A DNA stretch of 64,000 nt from Actinomycetes bacterium (GTDB lineage Bacteria > Actinomycetota > Acidimicrobiia > Acidimicrobiales > Microtrichaceae). Below, in pieces: positions 34,870 to 44,408 of this stretch. Made by a program: the position numbers and the translations under genes. Numbering within the stretch: position 1 is the stretch's first letter; every line of letters starts with the position of its first letter. The notes beneath the pieces are model-generated. The model searched no databases. It saw nothing but the letters and a program-made list of their open reading frames with translations, and was not told the origin of the DNA. The stretch lies in NCBI GenBank assembly GCA_023389745.1, contig JAEWED010000197.1, positions 1,212-65,211 of the forward strand. The letters are read 5' to 3'.

Positions 34870-36996
34870 ATGACGCCATCACACGACGCAGACGGCCAGC
34901 TGCACCCAGCCGACGTCGACGAGATGGCCGGTGGCGATCTCGGCGCAGGCGACCAGGGGCAGGACCACGCCGCTTCGCCACCTGGCACGGGCCGCTCCGA
35001 CACAGGCAGCTCTGGCACCGGCAGCTCTGGCACAGGCAGCTCGGCGAAACCCGGGCTCGGGGCGCGACTGCGCTCCCGGGTGTCCGCCGACCTGCGGAGC
35101 GCGCTGGTCGACCCCTCCCAGGAGCCCACCGGGGACTTCGACATCGTCGTGCAGCAGCCGGGACGAGCAGGTGACCGCGTCGCCACGTTCGCCGGGCTCA
35201 TCACGGCGATGCGCCTGGCGACCACGGCGATCTCGCTGCTGCTGGTGTCGACGTCGACCGACGACTCGGTGTCGCTGCGTGTCTGGACCGCCCTGGTCGT
35301 CGGCTACGCGATCTTCAGGGCGTTCCGCCCGATCCGCTACACCGACGACGTCGGCTCGCTGATCAAGGTCGTCGCCGAGGTCGGGGTGCACGTGGTCGCC
35401 GTGGTGGCAACCGGCGGCTGGGAGTCCCCGCTCATCTTCACGCTGCTGACGGCGGTGACCGTCGCCGGTCTGGCCCGTGGGTTCGGCTTCTCGCTGCGCG
35501 TCGCGATCGCCACGATCCTGGCGGTCTCGTTCCCCTTCATCGACCAGGCCGTCGACCGCCGAGAAGCGCTGCTGCGCTCCGCCTCGTGGGCCGGCATCGT
35601 GCTGCTGGTGGCGATCGTCGCCGGCTACGCACGCCGGATCTCCGGTGAGGCCGACCGCGAGCGGGAGCTCGCCATGGACCGCCTCGGCCGGCTGGCCGAC
35701 GCGAACGCACTGCTCTTCTCGCTGCACCGCGTCACCCAGACGCTGCCGGCGTCGCTCGACCTGGGCGACGTGCTCGACTCCACCCTGAGCCGCATGAAGT
35801 CGCTCGTCGCCTACGACAGCGTCGCCGTGCTGCTCTTCGACGAGACCGACGCCCACTGGGACGTGGTCCGCCACCAGGGCCTGCACGCCCCCACCCGCCT
35901 CGGCCCGACCGAGCTGCCCGCCGGGCTGCGCCAGGCGATCGCCCAGAACCGCCAGGTGCACCTGCCGGACCTGTCGACCCAGATCGGCGGGGGCCTCTCG
36001 AACCGTGCCGGTTCAGGCATCTACTCGGTGCTCGTCGCCCGCGGCGCCATCATCGGCCTGCTCGCCATCGAGCACAGCGACTTCAACCACTTCTCGCCCC
36101 GCGACCTGGAGCTCGTCGAGGGCTTCGTCGCTCCGGCCGCCCTGGCCCTGGACAACGCCCGCTGGTTCGCCCGACTGCGCACCGTCGGTGCGGACGAGGA
36201 GCGGACCCGCATCGCCCGTGATCTGCACGATCGCATCGGCCAGTCCCTCGCCTACCTCGGCTTCGAGCTCGACCGCCTCGTCGACAAGGAGGAGTCGGGC
36301 CAGACCATCACCGAGGACATCCGGCTGCTGCGCGACGACCTGCGCGGCGTGGTGCGAGAGGTGCGCGACACCCTCTACGACCTGCGAACCGACGTCTCCG
36401 ACGAGCAGAGTCTGGCGGACGTGCTCGAGCAGTTCGTCGTGCGCGTCGCCGAGCGCAGCGAGCTCCAGATCCAGATCGAGGCCGACCGTGGTGCCCGTCT
36501 GCCGATGCTCCAGGAGCGCGAGATGTGGCGTGTCGCCCAGGAGGCGCTCGCCAACATCGAGCGGCACTCCCAGGCGACCGCAGTGCGCGTCGTGTGGCGC
36601 TGCGACGGCCGCCGTGCCCTGATCGACATCACCGACAACGGCGTGGGCTTCGACCAGTCCCGAGCCGGCCGCATCGACTCCTACGGCGTGCTGGGCATGC
36701 GCGAACGCGCGGCCAGCATCGGCGCGGCGCTCGAGATCGTCAGCGCCCCGGGCCGCGGCACACGCGTGCGCTGCACGCTCACCCCCGAGACCACCGAGGC
36801 ACGCGACACCGGCGCCTCGCTGGCCCCAGAGACACCTGCGGAACGCAGCACCGCACCGTTCGAGCACGCCGAGGTGCCCTCGGGTCGCTCGGTGACCACC
36901 AACGACGGCGGCACGACCCGCCTCGCGCCGCTCGCTCCGGCTCCGCCGGACGCCTCGACCGCACACACATCATCCGAACCATGGAAGGGGAGGTAG
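34870..36996 (+). CDS. membrane sensor histidine kinase with GAF domain (HisKA_3/NarL-partner type)
   Basis: There are about 5 TM segments and a GAF-like region (LDLGDVLDSTL...VAVLLFDE...). EERTRIARDLHDRIGQSLAYL is the H-box, and DNGVGF...GVLGMRERA belongs to the HATPase domain. The start is uncertain. Confidence 0.85.
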   Translation: MTPSHDADGQLHPADVDEMAGGDLGAGDQGQDHAASPPGTGRSDTGSSGTGSSGTGSSAKPGLGARLRSRVSADLRSALVDPSQEPTGDFDIVVQQPGRAGDRVATFAGLITAMRLATTAISLLLVSTSTDDSVSLRVWTALVVGYAIFRAFRPIRYTDDVGSLIKVVAEVGVHVVAVVATGGWESPLIFTLLTAVTVAGLARGFGFSLRVAIATILAVSFPFIDQAVDRREALLRSASWAGIVLLVAIVAGYARRISGEADRERELAMDRLGRLADANALLFSLHRVTQTLPASLDLGDVLDSTLSRMKSLVAYDSVAVLLFDETDAHWDVVRHQGLHAPTRLGPTELPAGLRQAIAQNRQVHLPDLSTQIGGGLSNRAGSGIYSVLVARGAIIGLLAIEHSDFNHFSPRDLELVEGFVAPAALALDNARWFARLRTVGADEERTRIARDLHDRIGQSLAYLGFELDRLVDKEESGQTITEDIRLLRDDLRGVVREVRDTLYDLRTDVSDEQSLADVLEQFVVRVAERSELQIQIEADRGARLPMLQEREMWRVAQEALANIERHSQATAVRVVWRCDGRRALIDITDNGVGFDQSRAGRIDSYGVLGMRERAASIGAALEIVSAPGRGTRVRCTLTPETTEARDTGASLAPETPAERSTAPFEHAEVPSGRSVTTNDGGTTRLAPLAPAPPDASTAHTSSEPWKGR
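35002..35046. repeat. 15-bp tandem repeat x3 (ACMGGCAGCTCTGGC), in frame (TGSSG repeats) in the kinase 5' region
   Basis: The protein reads DTGSSGTGSSGTGSSAK; position computed from the ORF start. Confidence 0.85.
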
Positions 36997-36999
36997 GAG

Positions 37000-37647
37000 A
37001 TGTCGATCCGCCTCATGCTGGCCGACGACCATCGAATGCTCAGGGAGGGCCTCCGGCGGTCGATGACCGACGCCGGGTTCGATGTGATCGGAGAAGCCGG
37101 CGACGGCGTCGAAGCCGTGTCCCTCGCGGGTCAGCTGCAACCCGACGTCATCCTCATGGACGTGACGATGCCGAACTGCGACGGCGTCGAGGCGTGCCGG
37201 CAGCTCAAGGCGATCGGCACCGACTCGCGGATCGTCATGTTGACGATGCACGCCGACCAGGAGGTCCTCACCAACGCCATCCGGGCGGGGGCGATCGGCT
37301 ACCTGACCAAGGACTGCTCGACCCGTGAGATCGCCGAGGCGGTGCGCATGGCCGCCGAGGGCGACACCGTGCTGTCACCGCAGCTCGCCCGGTCGATGCT
37401 CGCCGAGGTGCGCAAGCTCGACGAGCCTCGCACGCCGGAGGACGACCGCGTCGTCACCAAGCGCGAGGAGGAGGTCCTGCAGCTCATCGCGGACGGCTGC
37501 TCGACCCCCGAGGTCGCGGAGCGCCTCTACATCTCGCAGAAGACCGTCAAGAACCACCTCGCGTCGATCTACCAGAAGCTCGACGCCAGGGATCGCACGC
37601 AGGCCGTCCTCCAGGCGGTCCGGATGGGCATCGTGAGCCTGCACTGA
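37000..37647 (+). CDS. NarL/LuxR-family response regulator
   Basis: IRLMLADDHRMLREGL...PDVILMDVTMP is the receiver domain, and LTKREEEVLQLIADGCSTPEVAERLYISQKTVKNHLASIYQKL is the LuxR HTH. The gene starts 4 nt after the kinase stop. Confidence 0.9.
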   Translation: MSIRLMLADDHRMLREGLRRSMTDAGFDVIGEAGDGVEAVSLAGQLQPDVILMDVTMPNCDGVEACRQLKAIGTDSRIVMLTMHADQEVLTNAIRAGAIGYLTKDCSTREIAEAVRMAAEGDTVLSPQLARSMLAEVRKLDEPRTPEDDRVVTKREEEVLQLIADGCSTPEVAERLYISQKTVKNHLASIYQKLDARDRTQAVLQAVRMGIVSLH

Positions 37648-37836
37648 GGCTCGCCCATCGAGGCGACATGGTCCCCGTGACCCTTGGGGGTTGGGTCACC
37701 GGAACCACGTTGGGCCATACGACCTATCAAGGGTGGGTCGTAGGCGCCGATACAACTTTCACGGATCCCGGCGGACGGGGTTCGGAACCCCAGGTAACAC
37801 CCGAAACCCGAAGCACCAAACGGACGGAGCACAACA

Positions 37837-38034
37837 ATGATCACCCAGTTCAACTTCCTCAAGGCATGGCTGCTGGCTCAGGCCAAGACCGAGCGTGGCG
37901 CCTCGCTCGTGGAGTACGCACTCCTCGTGGCGCTCATCGCCGTCGTCGTCATCGGCGCCATCACCCTCCTCGGCCGCAGCGCCTCCGAGACCTTCTCGGA
38001 CGTCTCGGACGAGCTGAACACCGCCACCCCCTGA
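37837..38034 (+). CDS. flp: Flp-family type IVb pilin
   Basis: 65 aa: ...AKTERG/ASLVEYALLVALIAVVVIGAI carries the Flp G/xxxxEY processing motif and a hydrophobic helix. GGAG lies 7 nt before the ATG. Confidence 0.8.
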   Translation: MITQFNFLKAWLLAQAKTERGASLVEYALLVALIAVVVIGAITLLGRSASETFSDVSDELNTATP

Positions 38035-38063
38035 TCCCCCGGATCAGCGGACAGGTACTGAGC

Positions 38064-38093
38064 GAGGGCGGGCCCGACTCCGGGTCCGCCCTC
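38064..38093 (+). terminator. hairpin after flp (13-bp stem, ACTC loop)
   Basis: GAGGGCGGGCCCG-ACTC-CGGGTCCGCCCTC, followed by GTCCCTTCTCC. Confidence 0.55.
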
Positions 38094-38160
38094 GTCCCTT
38101 CTCCGAGACGCGACGGGCAGATCCACAACGACGTCGATCAGCTACCGGAGTGGAGAGTGA

Positions 38161-38185
38161 CGACGGGGCCCGAGGGGCCCCGTCG
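38161..38185 (-). terminator. hairpin downstream of the GntR-family gene (11-bp stem, 3-nt loop)
   Basis: CGACGGGGCCC-GAG-GGGCCCCGTCG. Confidence 0.45.
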
Positions 38186-38217
38186 CCGCGTCCGGGGACA
38201 GGTGAGCGTCCGGTGCG

Positions 38218-38949
38218 TCAGTCGACCAGTCGGAGACCGGTCGGGGTGAGCGAGCCGTCGTCGACGGCCAGCTCGACCGAGAAGCGGGTGCGGTGCGCGG
38301 GGAACACGTGCTCGCTGACCAGCACCGGTTGCCCCTCGGCGCTGCGGGTCACCCGCTCGACCACCAACGCCGGGGACGACACCGGCACACCGAGCAGCGC
38401 CGCATCGGCGTCGTCGATGAGCTCGGCGCCGATCGTCTGGCTCGCACCGCCGAGCGCCACGGGCAGCTGTTCGAGGAACGACGATCGCTCGACGTCGTCG
38501 CGGCTGAGCGCCGAGCCGAGCTCCTCACGGCACCACACCGTCACCCTGGCGAACGGCTGACCGTCGGCCAGGCTGAGGCGACGCACCTCGAGCACGGTGC
38601 GCTCGCCGAGCACCTCACGCACCCGCGGCGGCGAGGGCACGAACCCGAACGACAGGATCCGACGTGCGGAGCGCAGACCTGCGGCCGAGAGCTGGGCGTC
38701 GATGGTGCCGAGGTGGCTCAGGTCCTGCTGCAGCGGTTCGCCGGCGATCGTCCAGCCGAAGCCCTGCCGGCTCTCGAGCAGCCCCTCGCCTCGCAGCACC
38801 TCGAGCGCCCGGCGAACGGTGACCCTGCTGGCCCCGTAGTGTGCGGACAGCTCCGACTCCGACGGCAGGACCCGCGTCGCGTCGAACTCGGCCTCCCGCA
38901 GCCGCCGACGCAGATCGTCGGCGATGACCTGGTAGCGGATGGTCCTCAC
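38218..38949 (-). CDS. GntR/HutC-family transcriptional regulator (wHTH + UTRA)
   Basis: YQVIADDLRRRLREAEF...LPSESELSAHYGASRVTVRRALEVLRGEGLLESRQGFGWTI. I chose the GTG 38949 start; the track ORF reaches 39045 and would overlap acn. Confidence 0.85.
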   Translation of the reverse strand: MRTIRYQVIADDLRRRLREAEFDATRVLPSESELSAHYGASRVTVRRALEVLRGEGLLESRQGFGWTIAGEPLQQDLSHLGTIDAQLSAAGLRSARRILSFGFVPSPPRVREVLGERTVLEVRRLSLADGQPFARVTVWCREELGSALSRDDVERSSFLEQLPVALGGASQTIGAELIDDADAALLGVPVSSPALVVERVTRSAEGQPVLVSEHVFPAHRTRFSVELAVDDGSLTPTGLRLVD

Positions 38950-38951
38950 GA

Positions 38952-38969
38952 ACTTGTAGTGTACTTGTA
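38952..38969. promoter_or_regulatory. candidate operator/promoter element: two ACTTGTA direct repeats 11 bp apart in the GntR-acn divergent spacer
   Basis: AACTTGTAGTGTACTTGTATTC is the only A/T-rich patch in the 70-bp spacer. The function is inferred only. Confidence 0.3.
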
Positions 38970-39019
38970 TTCCCGCCGGTTCGACCGCCTGACCCGGGTA
39001 CCGCCACGAGGAGACCGCC

Positions 39020-41290
39020 ATGGCCGCTGTTGCATCCACTCCCATCGAGCTCGTGAAGGGCGCCTACGCCCGTTTCGAGGCCCATGTCGACGTCGCCCGG
39101 ACCCGACTCGGTCGACCCCTCACCCTCGCCGAGAAGATCCTGATCGCCCACCTCGACGACCCCTCGGCGTACTTCGAGCGCGGCATCACCTACAACGACC
39201 TGCGCCCCGACCGTGTGGCCATGCAGGACGCGACCGCGCAGATGGCGCTGCTGCAGTTCATGACCGCCGGACTCGACCAGGTCGCCGTGCCGTCGACGGT
39301 CCACTGCGACCACCTGATCCAGGCCAAGGAGAACGGCAAGGTCGACCTGCTCGCCGCCGAGCAGAACAACGCCGAGGTCTACGACTTCCTCGAGTCGGTC
39401 TCGGCCAAGTACGACATCGGCTTCTGGGGCCCGGGCTCGGGCATCATCCACCAGGTCGTGCTCGAGCAGTACGCCTTCCCGGGCGGGATGATGGTCGGCA
39501 CCGACAGCCACACCCCGAACGCCGGCGGCCTGGGCATGATCGCGATCGGCGTGGGCGGCGCCGACGCTGTCGACGTGATGACCGGGTTCCCGTTCAACGT
39601 GCGCTGGCCGAAGCTGATCGGCGTGCACCTGACCGGTGAGCTCAACGGCTGGTCGGCCCCGAAGGACGTCATCCTGAAGGTCGCCGAGATCCTCACCGTC
39701 AAGGGCGGCACCGGCGCCATCGTCGAGTACTTCGGTCCCGGCGCCAACTCGATCTCGTGCACCGGCAAGGCGACGATCTGCAACATGGGCGCCGAGATCG
39801 GCGCGACCACCTCGCTGTTCGCCTACGACGACGCGATGGCCCGCTACCTCAAGGCGACCGGCCGCGAGGAGATCGCCGACGCGGCGAACGGCGTGGCGCA
39901 CCACCTGCGCGCCGATGACGAGGTGCTCGCGGATCCGGTGCAGTACTTCGACCAGGTCATCGAGATCGACCTGTCGACCTTGCGTCCGCACATCAACGGC
40001 CCCCACACCCCCGACCTGGCCCGAGAGGTGTCCAAGCTCGGCGACGAGGCCCGCGAGCAGGGCTGGCCGCTCGAGATCAGCTCCGCGCTCGTCGGCTCGT
40101 GCACCAACTCGTCCTACGAGGACATCACCCGAGCCGCCTCGATCCTGCGCTTCGCCGCGGCCAACGGCCTCTCGGTGAAGACGCCGCTGATGATCACCCC
40201 CGGCTCGGAGCAGGTCCGGGCGACGATCGAGCGCGACGACCTGCTCGGCACCTTCGAAGCCGCCGGCGCCACCGTGCTCGCCAACGCGTGCGGCCCGTGC
40301 ATCGGCCAGTGGGCCCGCCCGGCCGAGGACATCGACCATCCGAACACGATCGTCACGAGCTACAACCGCAACTTCCCCAAGCGCAACGACGGGTCGGTCA
40401 ACACCCTCGCCTTCGTGACCTCACCCGAGACGGTCGTCGCGCTGGCGCTGGCCGGCACGCTCGACTTCGACCCGCTCTCCGACACGCTCACCAACGCCTC
40501 GGGCGAACAGGTCAGCCTGCCCGAGCCGGTCGGCGAGGAGCTGCCGGCGCTCGGCTTCACCCCGGGCGAGAACACCTTCGTCGCACCGCCCGAGGACCGC
40601 TCCTCGGTCGAGGTCAAGGTCTCCCCCACCTCGGACCGGCTCCAGCTGCTGGAGCCGTTCGCGCCCTGGGACGGCAACGACTACCTCGACCTGCCGATCC
40701 TGGTGAAGGCCAAGGGCAAGTGCACCACCGACCACATCTCGATGGCCGGTCCGTGGCTCAAGTACCGCGGTCACCTCGAGAACATCTCGGGCAACCTCTT
40801 CCTCGGGGCCATCAACGCCTTCACGGGCGAGGCCGGCGAGGGCAAGGACCAGCTCGACGGCACGACGAAGTCGTACCCGGACATCGCGAAGCACTACCAC
40901 GAGGTCGGTCAGCCCTGGGTCGCCGTCGGTGACGAGAACTGGGGCGAGGGCTCCTCTCGTGAGCACGCGGCGATGGAGCCCCGGTTCCGTGGCGCCAAGG
41001 CGATCATCGTGCGCAGCTTCGCCCGCATCCACGAGGCGAACCTGAAGAAGCAGGGCGTGCTCGCCCTGACCTTCGCCGAGCCGGAGATCTACGACGTCAT
41101 CGGCGAGGACGACCGCATCAGCATCCTCGGCCTCGCGAACCTCGCTCCCGGCGAGCCCGTCGAGTGCCGCCTCACCAAGCCCGACGGCACCTCGATCACG
41201 TTCTGGGGCAACCAGACGATGAGCGAGGAGCACATCGAGTGGTTCAAGGCGGGCTCGGCCCTCAACATCATCCGGGCTCGTACTGCCTGA
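39020..41290 (+). CDS. acn: aconitate hydratase (about 750-aa, mitochondrial-type length)
   Basis: [12 protein letters not shown]...[15 protein letters not shown]...HCDHLI...[14 protein letters not shown]...CTNSSYEDI...[11 protein letters not shown]...[12 protein letters not shown]...[10 protein letters not shown]. Confidence 0.9.
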   Translation: MAAVASTPIELVKGAYARFEAHVDVARTRLGRPLTLAEKILIAHLDDPSAYFERGITYNDLRPDRVAMQDATAQMALLQFMTAGLDQVAVPSTVHCDHLIQAKENGKVDLLAAEQNNAEVYDFLESVSAKYDIGFWGPGSGIIHQVVLEQYAFPGGMMVGTDSHTPNAGGLGMIAIGVGGADAVDVMTGFPFNVRWPKLIGVHLTGELNGWSAPKDVILKVAEILTVKGGTGAIVEYFGPGANSISCTGKATICNMGAEIGATTSLFAYDDAMARYLKATGREEIADAANGVAHHLRADDEVLADPVQYFDQVIEIDLSTLRPHINGPHTPDLAREVSKLGDEAREQGWPLEISSALVGSCTNSSYEDITRAASILRFAAANGLSVKTPLMITPGSEQVRATIERDDLLGTFEAAGATVLANACGPCIGQWARPAEDIDHPNTIVTSYNRNFPKRNDGSVNTLAFVTSPETVVALALAGTLDFDPLSDTLTNASGEQVSLPEPVGEELPALGFTPGENTFVAPPEDRSSVEVKVSPTSDRLQLLEPFAPWDGNDYLDLPILVKAKGKCTTDHISMAGPWLKYRGHLENISGNLFLGAINAFTGEAGEGKDQLDGTTKSYPDIAKHYHEVGQPWVAVGDENWGEGSSREHAAMEPRFRGAKAIIVRSFARIHEANLKKQGVLALTFAEPEIYDVIGEDDRISILGLANLAPGEPVECRLTKPDGTSITFWGNQTMSEEHIEWFKAGSALNIIRARTA

Positions 41291-41305
41291 CGGTCTTTCT
41301 TGCTC

Positions 41306-41377
41306 GAAGGGCGGTGGCTCGCCCGGAAACCTGTCGGCGCTTCGCTGGAAACGGTTTCCGGGCGACCACCGCCCTTC
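41306..41377. repeat. long imperfect inverted repeat (about 25-bp arms, 21-nt loop) right after the acn stop
   Basis: GAAGGGCGGTGGCTCGCCCGGAAACC (41306-41331) pairs with GGTTTCCGGGCGACCACCGCCCTTC (41353-41377), with one bulge. Confidence 0.8.
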
Positions 41378-41558
41378 TCGCGTTCAGCGGGTGCCAAGCA
41401 GCACGGCAAACGGATGCCGTCACGCCAGCCCTTGTTCTTTGCAGGGTCGGCGCTTCGCTGGAAACGGTTTCCGGGCGACCACCGCCCTTCTCGCGTTCAG
41501 CGGGCGCCAAGCAGCACGGCAGACGGATACCGTCACGCCGGCCCTTGTTCTTTGCAGG
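41333..41558. repeat. 113-bp tandem duplication (2 copies, few mismatches) between convergent genes
   Basis: Units span 41333-41445 and 41446-41558 (GTCGGCGCTTCGCTGGAAACGGTTTCCGGGCGACCACCGCCCTTCTCGCG...CTTGTTCTTTGCAGG). Confidence 0.9.
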
Positions 41559-41564
41559 AGAGCG

Positions 41565-43013
41565 TCAGTCGGTGCCGGGGCGGCGGTGGGACTCGTGGTC
41601 GGCGTCGTCCTCGTCGGGGATGACGCCGCCCGGGTAGGTGAGCGCCAGCTCGTCGCGTGAGGGCGTGTAGGGCTGCGACGCCTCGGGCGGCAGCAGGTCG
41701 GAGATCGCCGACATCATCGTGGCGGTGTCCTCGTCGAGGTCCTCGCCGGCCAGCTCGATCGGTTCGCCGACGCGGATCGTCACCCTGGGCGGCGTCAGCA
41801 CGTTGGTGACGTCCGGGAGCTTCGAGCTGCGTGGCCAGACCTCTTCGGTGCCCCACAGCCCCATCGGGATGACCGGGACGCCGGCGCCGGTCGCCAGCTT
41901 CGCCGCTCCCCAGCGCCCCTTGAGCTCGGGTTCGAAGAAGGCAGGACCCCGCGGGATCGTGCCCTGGGGCATGATCGCCACCAGCTCGCCGGCGGCGAGG
42001 GCCATCTCGGCGGCGCGCAGCGGCTCGTCGGATCCGGTGCCACGGTCCACCCTGATGCCGCCCAGGGCGGTGACGACGTCGCCCACGACGGGGGCGTCGA
42101 ACACCTCCTTCTTGCCGAGGAACCGCACGGGTCGACCCCGGCGAGCCAGCACGAAGCCGATGGCCAGCGGGTCGAAGTACGAGCGGTGGTTGGCGACCAG
42201 CACCGCCGGTCCGTGCGCCGGGATGTTGTCGATGCCCTCGATGTCGAAGCGCACCCAGGGGAAGAGCTGCGGCTGGGCGAGCATGAGCAGCACGCGCTGG
42301 GGCTCGAGGCCGGCGAACTTCGGCACACCGGCGGGCACGTCGAAGTAGACGACCGGCCAACGGCGCAGCGTCGCGACGCCCAGCATGCGCGGGTCGGGGT
42401 TCACGGCGTGGGGGTGCCCGACGATCGACAGCAGGGGGACGTCGTAGTAGCTGTCGGAGTAGGCGTAGCTGGTGTCGAGGTCGATCGAGTGGCGGAACGC
42501 CCATTCGGCGACGGCACGGGCCTTGCCCTTGCCCCACACGAAGTCGCCGTCGATCGTGCCGTCGAAGCGACCGTCGTGACGGCCGTAGCGGGTGGCCACC
42601 ACGTCGTCGAAGCCCAGCCGCTGGGCCAGCGGCTCGATCAGGTCGATCGGCGTGGTCGTGGCCATCACCAGGCGCCGCCCGGCGTCTCGGTGCGCGTCGA
42701 TCATCTGCTTCGCGTAGGGCAGCACGGCCTCGGCGAGCGGATCGGCGGCCCGCTCCGCGGCGGCACGCACCAGGTCGACCGACCAGCCGCGTGAGGCGCG
42801 TGCACCCTGACGGCTCAGGAACATCGACGGCCACGTCTCGCCGACCAGGTTGAAGAACCCGAAGGCGATCGCCTCGAAGGGTCCGGTGGCCCCCGTGAGC
42901 AGTCCGACGTGCCGGAGGGACTCACTGATGATCGGACCGCTTGCTCCAGACAGCAGTGTGCGATCCAGGTCGAAGAAGGCGGCGCCCCGGGTGCCCGTGC
43001 CGGATGAGGTCAT
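41565..43013 (-). CDS. HAD-IB hydrolase / 1-acyl-sn-glycerol-3-phosphate acyltransferase (PlsC-like) fusion protein
   Basis: AAFFDLDRTLL is HAD motif I. LVANHRSYFDPLAI (HX4D) and GGIRVDRG belong to the acyltransferase domain. Confidence 0.8.
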   Translation of the reverse strand: MTSSGTGTRGAAFFDLDRTLLSGASGPIISESLRHVGLLTGATGPFEAIAFGFFNLVGETWPSMFLSRQGARASRGWSVDLVRAAAERAADPLAEAVLPYAKQMIDAHRDAGRRLVMATTTPIDLIEPLAQRLGFDDVVATRYGRHDGRFDGTIDGDFVWGKGKARAVAEWAFRHSIDLDTSYAYSDSYYDVPLLSIVGHPHAVNPDPRMLGVATLRRWPVVYFDVPAGVPKFAGLEPQRVLLMLAQPQLFPWVRFDIEGIDNIPAHGPAVLVANHRSYFDPLAIGFVLARRGRPVRFLGKKEVFDAPVVGDVVTALGGIRVDRGTGSDEPLRAAEMALAAGELVAIMPQGTIPRGPAFFEPELKGRWGAAKLATGAGVPVIPMGLWGTEEVWPRSSKLPDVTNVLTPPRVTIRVGEPIELAGEDLDEDTATMMSAISDLLPPEASQPYTPSRDELALTYPGGVIPDEDDADHESHRRPGTD

Positions 43014-43384
43014 GGCCCGGACGCTACTTCCGATGGTCCTCGGCCTGCAGCGCCGACGGGCGCCGGATGCGCCAGCCCGCTGCAGGGCCTACGATCGCCA
43101 CTCGAAAACGGCCGAAGGACTGGCGGGGGGAGCCAGTCCTTCAGCAGGTTGCGTCACCGGTTCGGGGGGGGGTTGACCCGGTGACGCTGGCTCGAGGGGG
43201 ACATGGGGGGACGTCCACACCCTCGGCGTTTGTTGGATATCAAGATAGCCTGGAGCAAGCAATCTGACAAGCAAATTGTAGAGATACTCGCTATCGTCCT
43301 GAGAGATGGCTTCTCCACCCTGCCGAGCAGGTTCTCGACGCCTCGCCACCCGCGGCCCCGCCGTGTCCGAACGGGGACGCAGCG

Positions 43385-44311
43385 ATGGATAGGAAGCAGC
43401 TGCGGGCGCTGCTCGCCGTCGCCGATCACCGGTCGTTCTCGGCGGCAGCGAGGTCGCTCGACACCGTGCAGTCCAACGTGTCGTCACACGTCGCCCGTCT
43501 CGAGCGCGAGCTCGGCGTGACCCTGATCGACCGTGCCAGCAACGAGCCCACCCACGAGGGCCGGGCGGTGATCGACCGGGCACGCCGCATCGAGACCGAG
43601 TTCGACGCCCTCGACTCCGACGTGGCGTCGCTGCGCGACGTGATCACCGGCTCGGTGCGCCTCGGGGTGATCGGCACCACGGCCCGCTGGCTCGTGCCGC
43701 CGCTGCTGGGCCACCTCAGCGAGCGCTGCCCAGAGGTGTCCGTCGTGGTGCTCGACGCCACGACGAGCTCCCTGGTGCTGAACCTGGTCTCGGGGGCGGT
43801 CGACCTGGCCGTGGTCAACCTGCCCGTCGACGACACCGAGCTCACCGTCGAGGCGCTGTTCGACGAGGACCGGGTGCTGGTGGTCCCCGCCGGTCACCCG
43901 CTGCACGACCGTGACGTCGTCTCGCTCGACGAGGCGATCGAGCACGAGCTGCTGCTCGAGGCACCCGGCACGGCGTTCCGGGAGTCCCTGGAGCGGCACG
44001 CGGCGAGTCGGGGGCTGCGCCTGCGCCCCAAGGCAGAGTTCGACGGCATGCGGCTGCTCGCGTCGCTGGCCTTCGGCGGCTTCGGTGCCGGGATCGTCCC
44101 GGCGTCGGCGGCGCCTGCCGGTGTGGCCGGCGACTTCCGCCGCATCCCGATCGAGGGGGTGTCGGGGCGTTCGGTGGGCCTCGCTCGCCGTCGCCGCAGC
44201 ATGCTCTCCCCCGCCCAGCGGGTCGTCGCCGAGGCGATCACCCAGGTCGTCGCCGCCGAGGCGGGCGACCACTCGGGGGTCTATCCCGCCCCGATCCGTC
44301 CCAGAGTGTGA
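43385..44311 (+). CDS. LysR-family transcriptional regulator
   Basis: MDRKQLRALLAVADHRSFSAAARSLDTVQSNVSSHVARLERELGVTLIDR. Confidence 0.9.
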   Translation: MDRKQLRALLAVADHRSFSAAARSLDTVQSNVSSHVARLERELGVTLIDRASNEPTHEGRAVIDRARRIETEFDALDSDVASLRDVITGSVRLGVIGTTARWLVPPLLGHLSERCPEVSVVVLDATTSSLVLNLVSGAVDLAVVNLPVDDTELTVEALFDEDRVLVVPAGHPLHDRDVVSLDEAIEHELLLEAPGTAFRESLERHAASRGLRLRPKAEFDGMRLLASLAFGGFGAGIVPASAAPAGVAGDFRRIPIEGVSGRSVGLARRRRSMLSPAQRVVAEAITQVVAAEAGDHSGVYPAPIRPRV

Positions 44312-44408
44312 ACTCCAGACGAACTCCACCACGATCCGCAGGGCGTGGGTTCGTGGGGGTCCTGAGAGGCCGTAGGATGATCATGGATCGCACATCGGGA
44401 GTAGACAG

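Noticed and set aside
37648-37836. c-di-GMP or other riboswitch in the flp leader
   Set aside because: There are only short generic dyads. I could not recognise any GEMM-like conserved core.
43225-43310. A/T-rich patch upstream of the LysR gene, considered as an sRNA or foreign insert
   Set aside because: It is short, with no terminator or ORF. It is most simply the divergent promoter and LysR-box region, and there is not enough signal for a call.
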